64,000 bases of DNA. It comes from Ptychomitrium polyphyllum (lineage: Eukaryota). Below the pieces are notes generated by a model. It had not been told where the DNA came from, ran no database searches, and saw only the letters and a list, made by a program, of their open reading frames with translations. This document shows, in pieces, positions 1 to 11,034 of the stretch; position 1 is the stretch's first letter, and each line of letters opens with the position of its first letter. The stretch covers positions 7,936,001 to 8,000,000 of the forward strand of contig OZ316775.1 in assembly GCA_973851085.1 (NCBI GenBank), in the 5' to 3' direction. The position numbers and the translations under genes are program-made.

Positions 1-73
1 GGTTCTAGCATTGGTTCTGTTCATCACTGTTAAGAACATTGTCTCATGTTTCGTGCACCTAGTTTGATTGCAG

Positions 74-1416
74 GGTTCTTTGCGCTCTTCACCATTCCGA
101 AGTGTCACTCCAACTACTCAACACAGATATATGCATTTGGTATACATGAAACCTTATTCTTGTTTTTCCTTTGCTTTGTAGTCACAAGGGTAGGCACTAG
201 TCTGAAACGTCAACTTCTTCAATGACTGTACATGCTATTTGGTGTAGAACGAAATGTTTTGAAGTACCTGGATACGTAAGTAGGTAACATTTCCATGATT
301 GGATGATGACATTGAGTGATTATCAATCATCATGGAATGCAGGTCAGTCCCTTCTGCTACGAGGATGGGAGACATGGGATTCATTCGCTCACAAGAAAGC
401 AATGTTAATAGGTGGTTTCCTTCTCGCTTGGAATGTATCCTCGTATTCATCCCGTCTCTGGGGTGGTAAGCTTCTTACCTGCAACGATTTCTCAGTACAT
501 TTAGTACTTTGGACAGCCGTCTGATTGCCGTGTGGGTCATAGGTATTGTAGAAGATAATATCGCAAGCACAACTTGTGATTGATTGTTCGATTGCCATCT
601 TGCTCTTGCATTTTGACTCCATTTTTGGAACTTACTCTGTGTTCATGTCAATTGTTCTGAACTCGAGTACATGTAATACTTTACTAAAATCCACCACCTT
701 ATAAATTGTTATTGAGAAATTGCTTATACTGTGATCTGGTGCAGGTTTTATTCTTGTAGTTTGGCTCAAGTTGTATCAGCAGTCCCATCCAGCAAGCTTT
801 GAAAAGGCTATTACTGATGCTAGTGGCAGCGCTGCTATTGATCGCATTGATCGCAGGAAGAGCTTACAGCATGCTACGATGGCATCACAGGTGTGATCAA
901 TCGAGTTTCTTAGAGTCTTCTTGACCTGCCTAGTTTGGTTTGCGGTTTGGGTCTATTATGAGTTTGGCTCTTCATCTTATTGTAGTGTTTTGTTGCTCTT
1001 CTTCACAGGCTTCTCAAGCCGCTCCTGTGGCGGAAGAAGGTCCTATATCTCAAATTCAACCGGTTCAAGAACTTCCAGGTATAGTGTCTTGTCATATTCC
1101 TTACACTTAAAATCTAAGTGAGATATATCTCTTGCTGGTGGTTTATGTCTTTTTGTTGCACGTCTGCGGATTTGTCTAGTGTCGTCTCTTTTTGTTCTAA
1201 TGGAGTCATATGTGATATGGAAGGTGATGGTATGTCCATTTCCGCACACTTTCTGCAGAACTGAATCAATTATTGTTCAACACACCGATTTATATCGACT
1301 TTACTTCACTTACAGGCCGTGTCTCGGTTTTTAGAATCTTTGTACTTTTTTTTTCTAATTCTCGTTTGGAATTTGGCGCAGACAGGAAAATGAACGGTGT
1401 TACATACAGAGCGTAA
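74..1416 (+). CDS. 3' part of reticulon-like protein, RTNLB17/18/21 type (5' end lies upstream of the window)
   Basis: GT-AG exons 74-139, 343-465, 745-890, 1009-1078 and probably 1382-1416 splice in frame to FFALFTIPKCHSNYSTQIYAFGQSLLLRGWETWDSFAHKKAMLIGGFLLAWNVSSYSSRLWGGFILVVWLKLYQQ..., matching the plant RTNLB21-type C-terminus (FTxPK, WxSxxHKKA, WNLSS). Last exon is uncertain. Confidence 0.75.
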
Positions 1417-2267
1417 GGAGAACTTAATTTTGTGCACAGAAGCAATACTTTCTAGAGGAGCGCAAGAAGGATATTTGAAGAATATACACTATGGGAGCTT
1501 TGTTTAGATTTATTGCTTTGTTGCATAGTCCGATCGTGTGAGTCAAAACTCCAGAAAGCAAGAGTTTTTTTAATTTTGATCACTATATCCCGGAAGAGCT
1601 TTTAGGTAGAGTATGTAGTTTGTATTTACTTGGCACTTGCTACGTTTTGATGCGAACATCTTCGCAATTTGTATATATAGTACTATACTTGCTACTGTAT
1701 ACACCTACTAGTATATAGTAATCCTGTGAGCATGATATGCGCATCAATGAGGCTGCAGATTTTAGACTCATGAAGTTTTGATCCAAGTTTCGAAAATTTG
1801 AGCATATCTCGTCTTATGAAAGATGTACGGTTTCCTGTTCCCATAATATCATACGCTATTTCTCATCTCGACAACGAATTTCATATGGTGAATGTTGCAC
1901 GTCGCATATCCAATCGGCGGACTTCTAATTATCTTAACCTAATAGTAATTTTTTTCACTGACTGGATCTGTTTCAATGCTTCCTTTGTTGTGAACCCGAT
2001 TCAGACATCAGAGCTGTCTTTTGTAATTCTGCTGCTTCACTAGACTAGTGTAGTACAAAAATGATGCTGAAAGTTTTGGTACTGCCGTTCAGTCACGTCT
2101 ATAAGCATTTTCTGTCGTCCTCAAATTGGCAAAACCAACAGTGTGTAGGCTCCAATGTATCATCCACTACACTTGCAAAGTTTCCGTGTTTAATGTCTCT
2201 CCTATTTGGGTCTATCAAAATTAGTTAAAATATCCGGAGTACTGTATTATCAAATATACTCACTTTG

Positions 2268-5200
2268 CTAGTAAGCCCATTCTTTCAAAGGTATCTCAAT
2301 GCTACGACCATCCGGTCTCATAACTACACGAACAGGTCGTCTCCTTGTCGACCTTCGAGCACTTTTAGCATTGCAAATGTCTTCCACCACCTGTTTCTGT
2401 TAACAAAATCCAAATAATGCAGGACAGCTAAGTCATAACTTTTGGCCTTTACAAAGTTGGAGAAACAGGATTGAAGGATATTTCATGAACAGGTTGAAGA
2501 TAAGAGACTTGATTATTGAAGGAAAGCGAACCTTGTACATCTCCCACTTACGTGTCTTCATGTACAAATTGTAGATTTCTTCTTCTCTCCTGTACTCCTA
2601 AGCCCAGCTCCACATGGTGCACAGGTCACCAAAAGATTGATTTCTTGAATAAGAAGCTGAAAAATGTTGTCCTCTACAGTACTTGCTCAAGATTTCTTCA
2701 TACAAACCTGTGAACTGGCCTCTTGATTCTACTAACTTAAAGTTGGAGAAATGTGGATAATATCCCATAGTGGATTAGCACCAACTCACATGCTTTGCCA
2801 GAGCCCTGATAACGTCCCTGTCGCAATGTCGGTGGAAGTCCCATTTGTTGAGCACCAATGTCTCCACCAGTGATACCGCTACAACACTTGCAGCTCGCTT
2901 CGAATCCATCAACAAACCTCTCTGAAAGGTAGCACACAACTCAGATGTGGCCCATGAAGATTTCCAAACAAAATGGCTTGGTCGAGTATCAAAGTTGAAG
3001 AGTGGTAATAATGGTATTCGTTACCTCTCCGAAATACTGACCATCTATAAGTGCTCCAATGTCAAGAATGGTGCTCATCTGAAATCCAAAACTACACCTA
3101 ATCAATAGACTCATCCATGCGTACATATGATATTGCAAATCTATTATAAGCTTCTGGTTCATGAAACTATTGGAATTTACAAGGAATTAGAGATGATGAT
3201 GGAATTTTAACTCACATTAGATTGACTGGAGCCAGTAGATGACATGCCTGTCTTAGAGGCAGCATCTTCTGGTGTTGCTCGCTTTGGCTGTGGAGAGTGA
3301 CTTTGCTCCAGTTTCAGGATTCCAACCTGAGGTAACCCTGGCATGAAGCTAGGTGTCGTTGTACCCTCGAACGTATCGAAAGACAACAATTTCCTCTCCC
3401 GATCCATCACACTCCGGGCCCACTTCGTGAATTTCCTCTGATAGTAACGGTTCTCATTGGTCATGAACACAGCCGGCATCATTCCCGCAGTAGTGAGTCC
3501 CATTTGCCACAGCTTGTTTTCCTTCTCCGAAAACTCAACGTCCTCTTGTTTCTTAGACTTCTCTTTCTCCTCGCAATTTTTAACGAAAGTTGAGAAAGTA
3601 TACTTCTTATTGGTAACCGATGATCTTCTCCTTACGGTCTGAAGCTTCCTTTTGCGATCTTGCATGGAGGATGGTGACTTGAACCTGGCGCTTGTTGTAC
3701 TCACAGACCGAGACTTAGCGTCACGAGAGGAGGGTTCTGGTGTGCTGTCAGCAAAGGATGCCCGAAATCTTTGAGAGGAGCGGTTACTCGCTCGAGTGGT
3801 GGACCTTGTGTAAGCCATATCTGGAGATGCTCGCCATGGTGACAAAGGGTCTCCTTCCTCAGAGCAGATGATAGAAGCTTTTTTCTTGATGGCACTTGGT
3901 TTTTGATGAATTGGGGTGGGCGACGTGGAAGGTCTCTTCGCCCCTGACACCTTACCGTTCGTACTGTCTTTTTTCGGCTCGATCTGCCTTGTTGTTTTCT
4001 GATGTGTTAGCATTCGGTAGATTAAGTCGGGACGGCTTAATATCTCTTTGGGTAATCCTTCTGGAAGAACAGGCTGCGTTGGTTGCGAGTGACACTGACT
4101 CGCGCTCCGGCTTCCCCTAGTAGATGGTCGTGACACCAGCGATGGTCGCCACCATTCTTTCTCTCGATCCTGTATCTCTTGTCTGCACTTTTGGTGACAG
4201 TTAGGCCTGCAATATAGGACGGTACACGGAGATTATCACTATTGCCTAATCTGGTCGTATGCCTTAGGTAATGTCTGCATATTAGTTCAAGAATTTTACA
4301 AAGCGGTATCAAACATCAAGCTTACGAGAGAACTACTACCAAAAGCAGTTCTAATATCAGTTCAAAGCACAATTGAGTTTGATGATGATCCGATGCAATT
4401 GGGTGACATACCAGTACTGAGTTTGAGCTGATGCAGCCCTAGGTAGTGATGGGGTTCGGGACCTTGGTTGAATTTCCATAACCACCTGCAAATCAAAACA
4501 AAGAACAATAGTCTCTCTCATACTTGTTCTTTCCATTCTTTGAATATCAAAATTTCAGTCTGCTTTGGGTATCCATTTCATTGTAAACACCTAAATTACT
4601 CCACTTGAAGTGAAGCTACGAAAAGGAGGAAAAGGGACCATTTTTCCAATTTTTTAAGAGATCGAGAACTTACTCGGCATTCCCCAGTCCTGATAAAGAA
4701 CATTTCAGATGCGTCATCCCCTTGAAATGAGACAACTGCCCCAAAAATGAAACTGTTAAACATCAATTCTGAGCTCAAAAAATGAGAAAACCCCTAATTT
4801 CTGCCTCAAACAGAATGAACACAAGCGCAGCGGTAAGTTATTCTACCCCTATTCTTGTGGAAAGTTCGACTAGTTAGAACGTTAGCAAGACGCCTCAAAC
4901 TTTGTTTGGAAACTTCTTTAAGCGCAGGAATTTCCTGCACGAGAGTCCAGAATTAGGTGCAGAAGAAGTATGGCTTAAAGCTTGGGCGCAGAAATATCAT
5001 GCAGTCTGGAATACAGGTCAGTAAACATACAAACCTCAAGCCTGCTGATATTTTAATGACAAGGGTATCAATCATAAATTTCGAATGCTACAATATATAT
5101 CTAGATTTAAATCACTAATTGCCGTTTGCCACGGTTGTACAACAGTGGGTAGGTACAGGAACACTAAGAAAGTGTGTAAGAATCCTTGGTTAAATTCACT

Positions 5201-7644
5201 AACTGACCTTAAGGAACTGAAGACGAGCCTTCAATTCAGCGGATCCGGGGATATTGAGAATTCTTTCATACTCATCTTTGGACAAAGTGAGAATCTCAGC
5301 CTGTAATACGCAACTTCACTGTTAAGTACCCAAGAGGTGCTAGAATAAGTTGAGTATCGAGTCAAGTCTCTAGACAAGTTGACACCCTTTGTAGAAACAA
5401 TTTGCAGAGACCTCCAACATTTATAAATCTTAAGAACTTGAGCTATTTTAAACATAAAGATACCCACTTGAAGGGTACACAGGGTTAGTTACCCTGTCAG
5501 CAGTACTGAATGTTGAATCCCTGCATACGCAAAAGGAGAAAGTTCTTGAATTTCATAAACCATCATTATAATCTGTTAACCTGATATTGAGCCAAAAACA
5601 TTATTTGACCTGAATACAGCAGAAGAAAAGGTGATTACATTCTTGTCTAAGACTCTGAGACTTCAAAACGAAACATACCATATCACTCTATTATTTTCAA
5701 ATACTTTTTCACCAAACCAATGGCCTGGACCGTAGTAAGTGACGAAGTCCTCTTGTTGGCCCAGAATGTGTTTAGTGGCCTGCAGAAAATTTCCGAACAC
5801 CATAGAAAACATTAGCATAGTTCAATCTGAATAAAGAAACCCAGAAGCGCGATTTTGAAAAGCACTTAATAGAACAGGCATATGCAATTACATGAAAAAC
5901 GTATTATAGAAAACCTAGCATTAGTGCCATCAACAATGCACCTTGACTGACCCAGTAAACACGATGAACAATGTGTAGCCAATATCTCCTTGTTTGCATA
6001 CTGCAACTCGAATTGATATGTTTCAGTATACGTGTATCATGCGACGACCGGCATACTAGCAAGAATTTCTCTTCAAGATAGATAAGAATTAGTACTCTTG
6101 GCACCTCATTCTCAAAAATCAATCAGCTTTGCTTCACAATAAGATTCGAAAAGAAGAATCTAGCAAGTTAAAAAAGGCCTGATCTTCTGTGATACTGAAG
6201 AATCAATAAGACATAATGCCCATATAATGTCATTCTGAACCCAAATGATGGTTACATCAAAATCTCGTACAAGTCTACATACATATTGCAAGGGCTAATG
6301 GTTCTGAGCAAATTTGAAAACTCAGCATAATTCTGAGAAAGATCAAACGACAACTTTTTAAATAGTAGCTGAAAAAGCCACTTTCAGGAGATTGAAAATA
6401 GTTAAATACATGAACACAAGGCTTAGTGTGCGTAGGGAATTTCCTTCGAGCTGAAAGACGGGACGTACATATAGTATTCGGGTCAAGCTTCCTGTAGCCC
6501 AAACATCTGCAAATCTGACATCAGGAAAGCATACAAGATTCAGGTGAAGCTGATTACCAAACCCTTAAATTTGTGGTTACAGAACCAATGACTCAACAAA
6601 ATCGGAGATATGCATGTGATTTAAGTATGGAGAAACTAAACTTGCCTCCAGACGTATCGAATGAGGGAGCGAAGCAATTGGCTCCAAATCTGTAATAGTC
6701 TCTTCCAGGAGATATAATTCACTTGGGGTTCGCTTTTCAGGGCTTCACATGGTCAAACCACAGAGCTTATTGTGATCGGAAAATTGATACTGTATATAGT
6801 TGAGTGATGTTTTGATCATAAATTGTATCAATCACATTCACCTGATGCACTATCAGTGTTATTATAGTAGCTTGAGAGCCGCAGAGTCAAACTTACATCT
6901 TCTGAAATACTCGACGTCGACTCCATGTGCGATAATGTGCGAGACCCCGCCAATTTTGGACTACAGGTAACGTCTAACCTTTTCAACAACACACTGGGTT
7001 AACCTAAACGGCCATTTTGAAACATGTGACAACATTATTGCAAAAAACAAAGCGCGGAGATGTAATTTGAGAACACTGTGAGAGCAGGAATCGTAACAAT
7101 TCTGAACGACTACTGCTTCAACCTAGCTCTGCCCTCTAGAGATTGGGAGAGATTAGAATAGTGAATGAGAGACTATCTCCGATTGAACAAGGAGTCAGCA
7201 GAGGATCACTACAATACTTACCTTATTTGGTTTCAAAGTTCAGATGCAAGTGCACCAATGTTCAATCACCTATCCACATTTGCTTGTAAATCGATCCAAC
7301 TCAGGTCAATTCCACGCATGCTTCCACCTCTTATACACATTCTGTATCCTTACATTCAAATGCGTTAGAACTACTCACCGGCGATGGCAAACTGACAGTT
7401 GACATGCCATCGTCGTCGTCTTCTTGATCATTGGATTCAACATCTGTCCAGCAGTTCATCAACAATCTGAGTACACAAGCGTGCTGAACTTTGGCAACCA
7501 TAAGAAACCATGTTCTGGAAAAGCATCACCTAAGCAATCCTCCTAGCTTTTGTAGCAATCAAACAATGTACAATCAAGCAAGACACAAAGATTGCAAACG
7601 ACTCGCTTGGCCAAAGACTCCTCACCATCTACGCTTCTCGGCAT
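2268..7644 (-). CDS. Tandem cyclic nucleotide-binding domain protein (CNBD2-like, soluble), about 17 exons
   Basis: ATG at 7644, TAG at 2270-2268. Spliced exons give IPEKRTPSELYLLEE...RLEICRCLGYRKLDPNTILCKQGDIGYTLFIVFTGSVK...YGPGHWFGEK (CNBD1) and RTFHKNRVVSFQGDDASEMFFIRTGECR...GALIDGQYFGERGLLMDSKRAASVVAVSLVETLVLNKWDF (CNBD2), then EEEIYNLYMKTRKWEMYKKQVV. The 309-aa ORF 3207-4136 is part of an internal exon (4206-3216). Confidence 0.85.
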
Positions 7645-8630
7645 TCTGAAGCTTCACAGTTGATCAGCAGAAAACAAACTCCCCCAAAGTCCTCATGTGC
7701 AGGAACGAGTCAATTCTTTCAGGAACCCTCCTAATGATCCATCCGTGCCCATTCACCTACGAGGTCCGAGAGCTTCAATGAAGCACTCAGCCCGGCGAAG
7801 CACCCACGCAGTTGATGTTAATCCTACATGTCCTGGGTTGGTTGGTTTTCGAAGCCGGCACGGAAGAGAGCAAGCGAAACGATATTGCATGTGTTGGCCA
7901 TCGTTTAGAAAGTACGACTGATTATAAGCGGGCTGGGTTTGTACGTAACCTTGTGTCCGGATCTAACCTACCACACGGTTGCAACAGAAACTTGAACGCA
8001 AACCCTCACATGAACTATGTTACCTTGCAGACAAGGCAACTCAAACAGAGGCGAAAACTTAGGTCACATGCTCCCTTTCCTGATGGTAGAAGTGAATGGG
8101 TCACATCATTAGTGAATGTTTGGGCTGTATGCATGCATGCAGTGACCTATTGATTCTGTTTTCTTCTACATTTCTACGCTGTAGAAGGCATGCTCATGAT
8201 CTCTCCTCTTTTCTCTTCACATTTTCAGCATGTTGGTACAATCATGATACTGAACGCCAGGTCTCGCCTCTGCCGCTTGAAAACAACTGGCCTTTTAGTG
8301 AGGTTTATAAATAGTCCACTTTGTTAGTCTTTCGTCGCAGTGAAGCCAACAAATCCGACGCTTCCACCGAGGCTGTTGGCGACGACAGTTCGGACCGAGC
8401 CTCGACGCTTCTTCTTCTTTTCTAACTGAGTCTTTCTATTGAAGTACAGGCATTTGTATATTAAGAAAGATTAGAATTTTAGAGGATCGTTCTTTTCTCT
8501 CAGTTGACAAATTTCGACGGGTTAGGGCGTTTGTAATTGTTGCTGGAGTGAGCTAATCTGCCAAGGATTGTCATCGTGAGAGGTTAGTAGGTTAGTGGGT
8601 TAGTGGGTTGCAGGTGTTGGACAGGTGCGG

Positions 8631-9803
8631 ATGGGGGAGATGGCGGATAAAGCACTGGACGAGAGTGTGTGGAGCCAAATGCCCCCCGAGATTCTTGAGC
8701 ATGTCCTGCGCCGCCTGCCACTTGAAATTCTCTACAGGTTTCGAACTGTGTGTAAGCGCTGGCGCACATTGCCGTCGTCACCGAAGTTTTGCAGCTCCTT
8801 CAGTCAACCTCGGTCGAAGCAGTCTTACCTTCTTGGCATCGAAAAGATAGGGTCGCTCCAGACATGCCCTGTTTACAATCCCTTAGCGGAGAGGTGGAGT
8901 CGATTGGACCTGGGGTTTCTGGAATCTAGGTTTGAACGGTTCACCTTCGAGCGCTGGAGCAACTACGATGATGATCGCTGGGGCGGGAGTGAATTCAAGG
9001 GCGTGAGCTCAGACGGTGGGCTGCTCTGTGTCTGTGTGAGAATACACGAATCGGAGCAAGATGCGATCTTTGTCTGCAATCCTTTGACCAAGGCGTGTAA
9101 TTTGCTACCGCTGATCGAGGGCACCTCATGGGGTCTGTGTTTAGGGCTCGCCATCCGGATGGAGGATTACGGTCACTACAGAGTGTTTGCAACGAAGCAT
9201 GGCAAGGTGGAGAATAAGTTTGAGCAGCTCCTCTACATGTACGACTCGGTGTCTGCATTCTGGAAGTTGGTTCCCAAGTGCGCACGATTTTCTCACGACG
9301 CCGTCTCCGGGGTGTTCTGTAACGGCGTCTACTATGCTCTCTACGACGATGTGTCCCAAGACCATGATGTGCTCATGTCGTATGATGTTGATCACGATGC
9401 GTGGGTGGATACTGGAGTGGTGATGACCCAGCAAGGGTACAAGAAGAAGCTAGTGGAGAGCAACAACCGCTTGTTCTGTGTCTCCTCTGCTAGGGATGGC
9501 AGCGAGAAGGATCTGTACCTCACCATCTTGGAAGTAAACCTCTACACGAGCACGCCGCTCAAAATCTCGGCCATGGAGCACATTACCCTTCCTGATGGCA
9601 GCCACAAGAACTGGGATGCCATTGGGTACCGCAATTCCATACTCCTTCTCACGAGGTCACAAACCCCTTTCGTATTTGACTTGACTGCAGATCTGCCGGA
9701 GTGGAGGCCCATGAATCTCAGGAACTTCGATTCGTTTGAGAAGCCTCAGTTCCCCAAGTTGCTGGTATCCTTCACCTTTGACCTTCGAGCAACGGTTGAT
9801 TAA
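8631..9803 (+). CDS. F-box protein with C-terminal beta-propeller (kelch/FBA-like), intronless CDS
   Basis: N-terminal F-box WSQMPPEILEHVLRRLPLEILYRFRTVCKRWR; downstream SSDGGLLC, FVCNPLTK, YDSxxxxW and YDVxxDxW motifs typical of plant F-box/kelch proteins. First ATG at 8631. Confidence 0.92.
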   Translation: MGEMADKALDESVWSQMPPEILEHVLRRLPLEILYRFRTVCKRWRTLPSSPKFCSSFSQPRSKQSYLLGIEKIGSLQTCPVYNPLAERWSRLDLGFLESRFERFTFERWSNYDDDRWGGSEFKGVSSDGGLLCVCVRIHESEQDAIFVCNPLTKACNLLPLIEGTSWGLCLGLAIRMEDYGHYRVFATKHGKVENKFEQLLYMYDSVSAFWKLVPKCARFSHDAVSGVFCNGVYYALYDDVSQDHDVLMSYDVDHDAWVDTGVVMTQQGYKKKLVESNNRLFCVSSARDGSEKDLYLTILEVNLYTSTPLKISAMEHITLPDGSHKNWDAIGYRNSILLLTRSQTPFVFDLTADLPEWRPMNLRNFDSFEKPQFPKLLVSFTFDLRATVD

Positions 9804-11034
9804 AAACATCTAGGTATGGTGAAAAGGAAACTCTCACCTGCTTGAAACTGCAGATCCCTTGCTTCCATGTCATCTTTTGAGTTCTAATCTTTAGCTGGAT
9901 CAAGGACTACACCTCGGTCTGATATGCAGGATTTAGGATTTAGTGTCAATACAAGCATCTGCAAGATCTCAATTTTGCTCATTGTCTGTCAAAGCTTTAA
10001 TCCCACACATGTAGATTACTAATTTATTGGAACTAAGGAACCCTAACCCGTTAATTACCGAGTGCTAACTAATTTCTTCGGGCTCTGTGGGAACTTTAAA
10101 TGCCATCAATTTGTAGCCTACCAATATGCCTTGTGTTATCAAGGAACAAATGTAGGAGTTTTCAGTTGAGCAAACCGGACTGAGATTCCTCTTCAATGCT
10201 GTTTCTGGTTGTTTACAATCACTACTGTGTCTTAATGAATCGGGATTCCTGGGATGGGTGGCAGGCATAGCTACTTCTACAGAATGCCGATCAAGCATCT
10301 TGGAGCTAGTATCGGTGTGGACAGGCCCAGCTCTCGAAGATTGGTAGTTGATAGGCTTCTCATTAGAAATCAAGAACATTGGGCTCAGGAGCTTTGAATC
10401 ATAGACTTTACCTTAGCTCAATAAGTGGTGCTTTTTAATCAGTTTAGATAACACAACATGGTTAACTTTTGTACACATTTTTTTGCACACACGTTTTTGT
10501 TGTTAGCTTTGTACAGGTTAGCTTGTTGAGCTTCTACTGCTAAATTCAATATTCTAACAACCTAGGTCCTGCTTTGTGAGGTTGCACAAGCCTGCAGTGA
10601 ATGCGTGCTTTAGCTGGAATTATTTCTACAGTGCTTGGCTTTGGAGTCTATGGCATCCAAGCCATCCTGTAGAAGGGGATAGGAGAGAACGGGGCTCCTA
10701 CCTTACTTTCAACTTGTTTTCAGACTTCTAAACCAAAGTTGCCATGCTCAGACCTACGAGTGAAATTTCTTTGAGTCGACAAAACTGAAACACGACAATG
10801 TTCCCAGGATATATGCGAGAACAAGGAGTATTCTTATAAGCTTCATTGGAGACACACAGCTCGTGCAGGTCTCTTGAATTTAGGGCAGGAACACTTGATT
10901 GAAAATACGTAGGAGACAAGCGCCTAGATACAGATGGTTATATATACTATATATACTATATATACATATGAAAATCCTCTCCCTTATCCATAGTTAATCT
11001 ACAAATACAAAATAAAGTTTTTAATAGCTCTTGA

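Noticed and set aside
3207..4136. 309-aa ORF as a standalone gene
   Set aside because: It is an internal exon of the CNBD gene, with an in-phase acceptor at 4206 and donor at 3216.
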